This document shows positions 1 through 7,704 of a stretch of DNA of 64,000 nucleotides, piece by piece; within the stretch, counting starts at the first letter, position 1, and every line of letters starts with the position of its first letter. The stretch is from an uncultured Gammaproteobacteria bacterium (GTDB lineage Bacteria; Patescibacteriota; Patescibacteriia; UBA9570; CAZNEH01): assembly GCA_964572175.1 (NCBI GenBank), contig CAZNEH010000002.1:1406-65405 (forward strand), read 5' to 3'. A program made the translations under genes and the position numbers. The notes beneath the pieces are model-generated. The model worked only from the letters and a program-made list of their open reading frames with translations. It was not told the origin of the DNA and ran no database searches.

Positions 1-1
1 A

Positions 2-580
2 TTTGATAACCCTGTTCTTCAGCCTTATTTTAAAAACTTTAAAATAGACAGCTTGCCTCAGCTTGATATTTTAGCAGAAATAGAAAAAGAAATAGGTTTT
101 AGAATTAAATTAGATAGCGTTGGTCAATCTACTCTTGGTTTTGGTAAATCTGGCTCAGGCTTAGACGCTATTAATTATTATCGCACCAAGCAATTTGAAA
201 AACTAGCTAATTATTGTATAGACGATGTTAAGGTCACTCGCTATGTTTACGAGTACGGCCTTAATCAAGGTCACCTCTGGTATTCTACTGGGGGAAACCT
301 CACTCCTATTCCTTCTTCTTGGAAACAAGAGTCTACTGTTGGAGAAATCATAGACCAGGCCTTTAAAAAACATCACCGCATTAAAATAAGATATTATACT
401 GTTGACGATAACGGCAGTCGACAAATTACAGACCAAGAAGTCGACATTTTAGAAAAAGACGCTAAACGTCTCAAGGCTTTTTGCCATAAAACTTCCAATA
501 AAAAAGATTTTATTATAAAAAATATATTAACCGCGGAAAACACTCAACAAGTTTACGCCCACCAAAGCTCCCTCATATAA
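2..580 (+). CDS. 5'-truncated RNase H-like (YprB/RNase_H_2-type) exonuclease with C-terminal WYL-like domain
   Basis: Frame is open from nt 2 (FDNPVLQPYF...). Motifs KLDSV..TLG.GKSG.GL.A and L..YC.DDV..T fit YprB-like nucleases. The C-terminal AF..H.RIKIRY...LKAFCH....K.F.I..I resembles WYL. Confidence 0.7.
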   Translation, partial: FDNPVLQPYFKNFKIDSLPQLDILAEIEKEIGFRIKLDSVGQSTLGFGKSGSGLDAINYYRTKQFEKLANYCIDDVKVTRYVYEYGLNQGHLWYSTGGNLTPIPSSWKQESTVGEIIDQAFKKHHRIKIRYYTVDDNGSRQITDQEVDILEKDAKRLKAFCHKTSNKKDFIIKNILTAENTQQVYAHQSSLI

Positions 581-609
581 ATCCTGCGAAGCTAGCGTAG
601 CAGACTAGG

Positions 610-638
610 TTGCAAAATTAGTTAATATCAGCTAAGAT
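610..638 (+). promoter_or_regulatory. sigma70-type promoter of GC-rich gene 1
   Basis: TTGCAA(610-615)-17 nt-TAAGAT(633-638); SD AAGGAGG at 683-689. Confidence 0.6.
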
Positions 639-697
639 ATACCCCTGTTTCACTCGTTCCTTCCCCCCCCAAAAAAGTCCTCAAGGAGGTCTTTATC

Positions 698-1723
698 GTG
701 CCCGACTACGAAATTCGTATGATGGATCGTCCGCTCAACGGGCCGGTCGTCGCTCTGGCTACTGGTACCACTGGTCCCAACGACCCTCTCTCTCCAGAGA
801 ACATCGCCGACATCATGGGAGACTACGACATCGGCCCCAAGATCACGGTCTGGCGCATTCCGCCTGGTCAGATCAATCTTCCCAAGCTGGCTGGCCATCG
901 CGCTCCCTGGGACTTCATCGTCATCGAGGGTGAGCATGGCTCCGTGGTCCTGGTCAACTGGCATGGTCCGGGTCATCTGTGGTCGCCCACCGGTGTGCCC
1001 TGGAAGCAGCTGGTCGCCAGCCTCATCTTCTTCGGCGTCACCCACCTGATCAACTCCAGCGCCGTCGGTACCTACGTCGGTGACAAGCTCTACAACGAGG
1101 GTATGTACGTCGGCGACCTGGCCATCCTCGAGCAGCTTCACTGCAACGAGCAGGACTTTGCCTTCTTCGAGAAGCCGCCTCTCCATCTTCCCTTCGCTCA
1201 GCCCTTCTGCTCCATGCTCAACAACATGGTCGCCACCGTGGCTAGCGAAAATCAGGATTTGGGCATGGTTCATCGAGGGGCCTGGTACTACACGATCAAG
1301 GGGCCTCGCTTCGCCACCGCGGCCGAGTCTATGACTCGCAAGAACATGGGCTTCCACCTTTCGGGCATGACCTACGGTCGAGTTGCCGTCCTCCTGCGCG
1401 AGGCCGGTATTCACACTACCACCATCTGCAAGATCGTAGACCAAGATGCCTGGCATGTGCTCATGGCTCAGCGCTCTGGTCAGGAGGTTAGCGTCGAGCA
1501 GGTCGAGCATGCTCTTGGTGAAGCTGGTCCCAAGTGTGCTCGCCTTCAGGTCAGGACTGCTGGCTACCTTCTGGCTCAATTGTCCCATGGTCGAGGAGAG
1601 CCTTCTCGTCGAGAGCTGGCGTGCTCCAACTGCACTCCTGGTCTGCGCAAGAACTTCCATGGCGACTTGAACAACCTCAACTCGGACCAGCGCCAGCTCT
1701 TGGACTTCCTCGAGCGTCGCTAG
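698..1723 (+). CDS. GC-rich gene 1: divergent 5'-methylthioadenosine/purine nucleoside phosphorylase-like protein (PNP_UDP_1 fold)
   Basis: Degenerate MTAP motifs: WHGPGH..SP, GVTHLINSSAVG, PFCS, YYTIKGPRFATAAES, GMT, LLREAGI, IVDQD. GTG start after AAGGAGG. Confidence 0.7.
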   Translation: MPDYEIRMMDRPLNGPVVALATGTTGPNDPLSPENIADIMGDYDIGPKITVWRIPPGQINLPKLAGHRAPWDFIVIEGEHGSVVLVNWHGPGHLWSPTGVPWKQLVASLIFFGVTHLINSSAVGTYVGDKLYNEGMYVGDLAILEQLHCNEQDFAFFEKPPLHLPFAQPFCSMLNNMVATVASENQDLGMVHRGAWYYTIKGPRFATAAESMTRKNMGFHLSGMTYGRVAVLLREAGIHTTTICKIVDQDAWHVLMAQRSGQEVSVEQVEHALGEAGPKCARLQVRTAGYLLAQLSHGRGEPSRRELACSNCTPGLRKNFHGDLNNLNSDQRQLLDFLERR

Positions 1724-1757
1724 CTCACCCTGGGCCCACGCAGTCTAACATCAAAAC

Positions 1758-1795
1758 GGGCGCTCCTCCCTCGAGGACCGCCCATCTTTTTTTTT
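1758..1795 (+). terminator. Rho-independent terminator of GC-rich gene 1
   Basis: GGGCG...CGCCC stem followed by T9. Confidence 0.75.
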
Positions 1796-1806
1796 GCTTT
1801 AAACCC

Positions 1807-2082
1807 CTAAAGCATTGAAATAAATTGTGATGCTAACTGAACTTTCTGAAACCAGTTTTTATTTTTCTGAACGGTCTTTATTTTTTTTCTCTTAATTTGC
1901 TTAACCGGTTGAGCGTAGGCTCTCTTAATACTAGGTCCGAATAACTCGACTAATACTTTTTCCGGGGTATTAAGGAACTGTCCGATTGTTCTTATCTCCA
2001 AAGCTTTTAGAACCCTAGCGGTACGTTTTCCAATACCCGGAAGGTATTCTACTGGTAAATTAGATTTTTTGGAGTAAGACAT
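1807..2082 (-). CDS. small stand-alone DinB/IMS-type helix-hairpin-helix protein
   Basis: LPVEYLPGIGKRTARVLKALEIRTIGQF....L.ELFG matches the Y-family polymerase HhH/thumb segment; lies downstream of lexA. Confidence 0.65.
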   Translation of the reverse strand: MSYSKKSNLPVEYLPGIGKRTARVLKALEIRTIGQFLNTPEKVLVELFGPSIKRAYAQPVKQIKRKKIKTVQKNKNWFQKVQLASQFISML

Positions 2083-2170
2083 ATTTTTATATTTTTAATT
2101 TTATTATGAAACCTTGAGTGATTTTAGCCCTCGACTTTAGTCGGGGAGATAAAATCGTACCGAAAGGTTT

Positions 2171-2800
2171 TTAGGCGTTAAATTTTCTAATGATTCCAAC
2201 CACCTTACCCTGAATAATTACATTCTTAACTTTAAGCGGCTCATAGTTTTTATTTCTAGGTTGTAATCTAATATAATTTTTCTCTTTATGAAATTCTTTT
2301 AACGTTGCTGACCCATCTTCTAATAAGGCGACAACAATATCTCCGTTGCTTGCATAGTCTTTTTTCTCTACTACTACATAGTCTCCATCAGCAATTAAAC
2401 TTTCTACCATAGAGTCTCCCTTAACTCTTAACAAATATGTATTAGGATTTTTCACTAACTCTGGAGGTACGGCCATAGTCTCTGTCTTATCTTCTACAGC
2501 TTCGATTGGTTCACCTGCCGTAATTAATCCGGCTACTGGTAATCGATAAGCGGCGTCTTCATCAGTGTGTGTTTCTTCCATATCTGGGCTAGTGATCATG
2601 ATGTCTCTAGCCTTATTTTCACCCCTACTTAGATATCCACTTTCTTCTAATTCTTTTAAATGTTGATGAACCGTAGACTTAGAAGATACTTTTAGTTTTT
2701 TAGCTATTTCCTCTAAAGTGGGGGAATAACCGTTCTTTTGGATGTATTTAACTATAAAATCAATGATTTTCTTCTTCTTTGGGGTTAGTTGTGGAGACAT
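2171..2800 (-). CDS. lexA: SOS repressor LexA
   Basis: N-terminal wHTH (GYSPTLEEIA), A-G cleavage site (ITAGEPI), catalytic Ser (GDSM) and Lys (ATLK). Confidence 0.97.
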   Translation of the reverse strand: MSPQLTPKKKKIIDFIVKYIQKNGYSPTLEEIAKKLKVSSKSTVHQHLKELEESGYLSRGENKARDIMITSPDMEETHTDEDAAYRLPVAGLITAGEPIEAVEDKTETMAVPPELVKNPNTYLLRVKGDSMVESLIADGDYVVVEKKDYASNGDIVVALLEDGSATLKEFHKEKNYIRLQPRNKNYEPLKVKNVIIQGKVVGIIRKFNA

Positions 2801-2832
2801 ATTTGTTTTTTTAATATTCTTATGTTATCTTA

Positions 2833-2878
2833 AGAATACCCGAACAGAAACCGAACGTCAATAGCCACCTGTGGATAA
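2833..2878 (-). promoter_or_regulatory. lexA promoter with GTTCGG-N5-GTTCGG LexA box and adjacent DnaA box
   Basis: Minus strand TTGACG-17-TATTCT with the direct repeat at 2840-2856; DnaA box TTATCCACA at 2870-2878; same arrangement at recA. Confidence 0.8.
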
Positions 2879-2903
2879 AATGTTTATTAACTAATTATAG
2901 CTA

Positions 2904-2941
2904 CCCTCTCCACAAGAGGTGGAGAGGGGCTGGGGGAGAGG
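2904..2941 (+). repeat. BoxC/PIT-like repeat copy 1
   Basis: CCCTCTCCAC-loop-GTGGAGAGGG followed by a GGGGGAGAGG tail; six copies in the window. Confidence 0.85.
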
Positions 2942-2942
2942 C

Positions 2943-3977
2943 ATGAATATTAAACAAAAACTAAAAATATTAGGCCAAGCTGCGGCTCACGACACTTGTG
3001 ATCCTGGTTGTAAATTATTAAAAGTATTAATGAGTAATGCTTGTGTTAATAATTGTAAATATTGTGCTTCTCGCCGCGAAAACAATATCGAAAGAGCAAC
3101 ATTCGAACCTGAAGAATTAGCCAGACTTTTTATGCAGCTCGTTAGAAAAAAATGGGTCTATGGAATTTTTCTAAGCTCAGCCGTCATCGGTACGACAAAC
3201 TACACCATGAAGCAAATGATCCAATGTGTATATCTAATTCGTAGTTGGGGATTTGGCGGATACATTCATCTAAAAGTTTTACCTGGCGCCGGCGAAGATA
3301 TTTTAGAGTATGCTTCTAAGTTAGTTGATCGCATGAGCGTAAACCTCGAAGCGCCTGGATCTAAATTTTTAAAACAAACCTGCCCAGACAAAAATTATTA
3401 CTCTGACCTACTCAAGCCCATGCAGTTTAATAAGACTTTAAATTTAAATCATGGCCAAACCACTCAAATGGTCGTGGGTGCCACTGACGAGCGTGATCAA
3501 GATATTTTAGATGTTTCCGACAATCTTTATTCTGACATGAAACTTAAGCGAGTTTACTATTCTGCTTTTCAACCTATTAACCAAGAGGGTCAAGGCGGGG
3601 TTCTTCCGCCATCTAGAGCCAAACGAGAATGGCGTCTTTATCAGGCCGATGCTTTATTACGATTTTATGGGTTCAACAAACAAGACTTTGTTTATAATGA
3701 TAAAAAGAATCTATACCTTACCATGGACCCCAAACAAGCCTGGGCTAAACAAAATTTATCCAAACCCATAGAAATTAACCAAGCTGATCGCGACTTATTA
3801 ATGAAAATACCCGGAATCGGCCCTAAAACGGCTGACAACATCTTAGATTTTCGTAAATCCAAGTGCATTACCCAAGATTATGAGCTAAAAAAGCTTAAAT
3901 TAAATATTCCCAAAGCTAGAGATTACCTTTTATTACAAGGGAAGATGTTGCCACAGCAGTTGACCTTTTTGTCATAA
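2943..3977 (+). CDS. putative DNA modification/repair radical SAM protein with C-terminal HhH
   Basis: CxxxCxYC (CVNNCKYC), GYIHLK, REWRLYQAD.LLRFYGF, IPGIGPK. ATG at 2943; the ORF extension upstream is repeat-derived. Confidence 0.9.
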   Translation: MNIKQKLKILGQAAAHDTCDPGCKLLKVLMSNACVNNCKYCASRRENNIERATFEPEELARLFMQLVRKKWVYGIFLSSAVIGTTNYTMKQMIQCVYLIRSWGFGGYIHLKVLPGAGEDILEYASKLVDRMSVNLEAPGSKFLKQTCPDKNYYSDLLKPMQFNKTLNLNHGQTTQMVVGATDERDQDILDVSDNLYSDMKLKRVYYSAFQPINQEGQGGVLPPSRAKREWRLYQADALLRFYGFNKQDFVYNDKKNLYLTMDPKQAWAKQNLSKPIEINQADRDLLMKIPGIGPKTADNILDFRKSKCITQDYELKKLKLNIPKARDYLLLQGKMLPQQLTFLS

Positions 3978-4019
3978 AATAGTAAAACTAAAAGGCACCT
4001 TCCAACATCGGAGTCCTCC

Positions 4020-4943
4020 ATGGACAAGTTTCTTCACTTCGCCTTCGGCCGATACTCCCGCATCCGTCGAGGCATCTTCTTCTGCATCATGTTCATCCTC
4101 TTCCTCTTCACCATCTCCTACCCTTTCCTCCTGGCTGCCGCGTACTTCCTCATCCTCCTGCTCATCGACTTCAAGATCTGCCACCACTACATGTCCAAGA
4201 TGCCGTCCGATGGTCAGTGGAGTCTGAGGCGGACTGGTGCGCAGATGATCTTCGCCGAAGAAGGTCTCTCCTTCTATCGTGACGCATTCCTGCGCTATCA
4301 AAAGACAGAGCAGCATCGCATCCGTGAAGAAGGGGAGCAGCGCCAGCGTGAGGCCCGGGCTCTTCGTCTCCAGCGCCAGCAGAAGCACGAGCGTCGCATC
4401 CTCGATCTCATCGTCTTAGCCCAGGAAGTGGTCTCCAAGAAGGTCATGGTTCTTCTCCCTCCGGAGATGCAGTGGCTGTGTTCTATCGACGAGCTCACCA
4501 GCTTCCTGCAGGCTGGAGACAACGCTCGCCTGACCAGCTTCCAGACCGCTGCTCAGCGAGCTATCGAACTTTCTATTTGGCTTCAACGGGCTAGGATCGT
4601 CAAGGTCGAGGTCAAGTTCATCAAACTGGTCCGCAAGAATCACGTCCAGGAAGCTAGGGCACTGGTAGTAGAAGCTGAGAGCTACGCCGTTGCCTTGGAG
4701 CAAGCCAAGGAACTGGGTATCCGGCACACCCCAAACATCCCCATCGGCGACCTTAGAGCCTTGATCCAACACTTCGAGAAGATCAAGGGCCGCAATCGGC
4801 AGATCCTGGTCTGGCAGCAACAGATCGATCAAGGCGATCCCAGGCAGCGCAAACTTCTGACCGCGGTCCAAGCCGCAGTCAAGGGCACTGACCGTCAGTG
4901 GCGCAAGGCCGTCTACGACTTGGAGCAAGCGCTCGAAGCGTGA
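4020..4943 (+). CDS. GC-rich gene 2: hypothetical protein with N-terminal TM segments and a helical/coiled-coil body
   Basis: 307-aa ORF with C/G-ending codons, GGAG SD, hydrophobic residues ~19-52 and its own terminator. Confidence 0.7.
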   Translation: MDKFLHFAFGRYSRIRRGIFFCIMFILFLFTISYPFLLAAAYFLILLLIDFKICHHYMSKMPSDGQWSLRRTGAQMIFAEEGLSFYRDAFLRYQKTEQHRIREEGEQRQREARALRLQRQQKHERRILDLIVLAQEVVSKKVMVLLPPEMQWLCSIDELTSFLQAGDNARLTSFQTAAQRAIELSIWLQRARIVKVEVKFIKLVRKNHVQEARALVVEAESYAVALEQAKELGIRHTPNIPIGDLRALIQHFEKIKGRNRQILVWQQQIDQGDPRQRKLLTAVQAAVKGTDRQWRKAVYDLEQALEA

Positions 4944-4950
4944 GACAAAG

Positions 4951-4987
4951 GGAGCTACCTCCTCGTGAGCTAGCTCCTGTTTTTTTT
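4951..4987 (+). terminator. terminator of GC-rich gene 2
   Basis: GGAGCTA-13 nt loop-TAGCTCC then T8. Confidence 0.75.
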
Positions 4988-5204
4988 ATTCTATCTTTAG
5001 ATTTTTGCATAAACGATCCACCTTCTTATTTAGCCTTTCAAACTTATCTTCAGGTATTTTTTTCTCATGTTTAATTATCTGACAAACTGGCTTTCCATAT
5101 TTTTCAATCACTAATATTATATCTTTATAATAAACTTCATTAATCAAAGACCCAATATTAGCCCTTAAATCCATTAAGCTAACTGTTTTTACTTGTTTTT
5201 TCAT
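4986..5204 (-). CDS. Phd/YefM-family antitoxin-like protein (orphan)
   Basis: KTVSLMDLRANIGSLINEV.....IIVIEKYGKPVC-type Phd N-terminal signature. Confidence 0.7.
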   Translation of the reverse strand: MKKQVKTVSLMDLRANIGSLINEVYYKDIILVIEKYGKPVCQIIKHEKKIPEDKFERLNKKVDRLCKNLKIE

Positions 5205-5306
5205 ATAAAATGTATTAATTATTATAATATTATATATTAATTATATCAATTCTATTTAAATTATCAATACATTGACGAAAGGCCCATTTTTTGCTATAAT
5301 TAGCAT

Positions 5307-7628
5307 ATGGAAAGAAGATTTAGTCGACAATTAGAAGATAAAAAGAAAAAAGCTAAGGACAGATTATTATATGCTGGGTTAATTTCTTTGTTTGTTCATG
5401 GAGCCGCTCCAGTAGCCATGGAAAGTGATAAAATAATGGATAGAGTTCGCATAGAGCTACGTACAGACGACGTAGCTGTTTTAGTTAAGGATATTAACGC
5501 TCAATTAGAACAAGGCCAAGGCATTGAAGACATGGATGGTTTTTTATTACAATCTGAATATTTAGAACAAGGTTTTTCTCAAGAAGAATTAGAATTAGCC
5601 ACTAGAGAATTAAATAGAATTATTACTCAGGCCCAAGAATTAAAAGATCAAGGAAAAAGTAAACAAGAAATTGCTGATTATTTATTATCTGAACAAGGAG
5701 AGTATAATAAACATCAAAATTCTTTAATAGAATTATTAATCAAGTCTAAAGCTTCCCCCGAAGAAATAGATTCTGAGGACACTGGTCTAGAAAGAGATTA
5801 TCGATCTGGAGATTGCCAAGCTCGGTGGAAGCTATTAACTGCTGCTTGGTCAGAAATCTTTCCTGAAGATACTGAACAGATTAAAACCCAAGTTTTTAAT
5901 GGAGCGGACAACGATGGCGATGGTCGGCCAGATAATCCTGGTCATGTTCGAGTAGCCATTACCCTAGACGATGGCCAAGAGCTAGTTGTTGAAGGAAGAA
6001 ATAGTTTTATTGAACCATCAAGTGAATTATCTTTAGACACTTCTGAAATGTTAGCTACTGGCTATTTAGCCCAACATGGTCTTTACGAACATGGTCAAGG
6101 AAACATGCAAGGAGTATCAACAAAAAAATTACACGATTCTTTATTTACCTTTCCATCATCTCCAGTCACTTATTCGGCTTGGGAAAATCCAGACGACCAG
6201 CCAAGTCCTTTTTATTCTAATCCTGATCGTAATGAATATGTAGTTGAGTATATTCCTACTAATACTTTAACTTTAGATAATATTAAAGAAAAGAAGTTGT
6301 ATCATGGAGATGTAGCAAAATTTACAGACATAGACACAGAGGTTCTTAAGGCCTTGGTCAATAATGACTCAATGGATCCTGACACAAGACAAGCTATAAT
6401 TTATAGATTTAATAGCCTTCCTGGGTTTGAGTCTGTTAATTCCTTAAGATCAGAAGAGGTGGCTAATTTATTAGTTCAAATAGATAGTTTAAACAACGTA
6501 TCTTTAACTGAAGTCGGGTCTGAATCAATTCTTAAAATAATAACAGATAAAGCATTTTATTTACGCTTTGGGTATGAGATTAGTCCCTCAGAAGCAATTA
6601 TTATTAATCAAGGAAACAGCTACCATGTAAATTTATCTGGCCCCCAAAATCCACAGGCCATCAAAGAATTAGACAAAAAAGACCTTTCTTTATTAGGTGT
6701 TATTTCTGATAGTGTATATAGCGTACCATCCCAAGAATGGCCAGAATTTACTGAAGAAATGGCCCAGGCTTTTTTAGATAAACCAAGAGAGCATGTTAGT
6801 ATCAGAGGTTATAAAATAGATTCGTCAGTTATTGATATTTTAGTTCAAGCTGATATAAAAAGTTTATCAATTTATGAATACTACGCCTCTGACAACACTG
6901 TTATTGAAAAATTGCACCAAGGTAAATTCAATCATCTAACTATTAATGCTCCCATTGATGATTTTCAAGCAAGTCTTTTTGTTAATAGCGCTATCCCATC
7001 ATTTCGCTTTCAAGAAATAACAAGAGGAGGATATGACTTACTAGTTGAAGCCGGGAAAAAAGTTGAAGTTAAAAAAATTACAGAAGAAAAAGAAAGTGGC
7101 TGGGGAGAGCAAAATGACCAAAAATATTTTACTGGCATCGAAGAATATTTATCTAAGGGCCAAGGGTATGTCCTAAGCATTAGCTCTGATCAGAATAGCC
7201 CCAATATGCCGAATCTTGTTAGCTCTGGACAACAAGAAATAGAAAATACAATTAAGAATTTTCCAATTTATCTGGTTAATATATCAGATGTCACTCTAAC
7301 TCCTGAAAGAATGAGAACAATTCTTCAAGACCCAAAAACAGACACATTAACCCTAATTAAGACAAAAGTTAAAAAGGAAGCTTGGAAAGAAATAGCTCAG
7401 AGCAATATTGTTGTACTAGTCTTAGAGAATGTTTATAACATTGATTATTCTCAATTAGCCAAAAGTAATATAGAGAAGCTCCATTTACATCATTGTGGCA
7501 TAACTTTTGAAGCCGCCAAAAAATTAATAGGTAGTCAAATTAAAGAAGTTCATATTAATATAAATAGTCCTGAGGCTGGGGGGCTTAAAGAAATTTTAGA
7601 AGCCGAAGGAATAAAGGTGGTAATGTAA
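5307..7628 (+). CDS. large membrane-anchored hypothetical protein; possible transglutaminase-like Cys/His motif and degenerate C-terminal repeats
   Basis: 773-aa ORF, N-terminal hydrophobic segment, SGDCQAR...GHVRV; TTGACG/TGCTATAAT promoter just upstream. Confidence 0.6.
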   Translation: MERRFSRQLEDKKKKAKDRLLYAGLISLFVHGAAPVAMESDKIMDRVRIELRTDDVAVLVKDINAQLEQGQGIEDMDGFLLQSEYLEQGFSQEELELATRELNRIITQAQELKDQGKSKQEIADYLLSEQGEYNKHQNSLIELLIKSKASPEEIDSEDTGLERDYRSGDCQARWKLLTAAWSEIFPEDTEQIKTQVFNGADNDGDGRPDNPGHVRVAITLDDGQELVVEGRNSFIEPSSELSLDTSEMLATGYLAQHGLYEHGQGNMQGVSTKKLHDSLFTFPSSPVTYSAWENPDDQPSPFYSNPDRNEYVVEYIPTNTLTLDNIKEKKLYHGDVAKFTDIDTEVLKALVNNDSMDPDTRQAIIYRFNSLPGFESVNSLRSEEVANLLVQIDSLNNVSLTEVGSESILKIITDKAFYLRFGYEISPSEAIIINQGNSYHVNLSGPQNPQAIKELDKKDLSLLGVISDSVYSVPSQEWPEFTEEMAQAFLDKPREHVSIRGYKIDSSVIDILVQADIKSLSIYEYYASDNTVIEKLHQGKFNHLTINAPIDDFQASLFVNSAIPSFRFQEITRGGYDLLVEAGKKVEVKKITEEKESGWGEQNDQKYFTGIEEYLSKGQGYVLSISSDQNSPNMPNLVSSGQQEIENTIKNFPIYLVNISDVTLTPERMRTILQDPKTDTLTLIKTKVKKEAWKEIAQSNIVVLVLENVYNIDYSQLAKSNIEKLHLHHCGITFEAAKKLIGSQIKEVHININSPEAGGLKEILEAEGIKVVM

Positions 7629-7704
7629 TAGAATATATGTTTGACTAAAAGTCAAAAATTTGCTATAATACATATGTAGTCAAAAAACAAAAATAAAATT
7701 AAAA

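Noticed and set aside
650-1660. Long antisense or alternate-frame ORFs over the GC-rich genes (650-1660, 3972-4388, 4416-4928, 31455-31886, 44555-45151, 62465-62812, 63010-63582)
   Set aside because: Shadow ORFs expected from GC-rich, biased codon usage. Promoter, SD, terminator and protein motifs all support the opposite frame.
2127-2146. IS200/IS605-end-like hairpin (also 13895-13914)
   Set aside because: No tnpA/tnpB nearby, and both copies sit after stop codons, so they are adequately explained as terminators.
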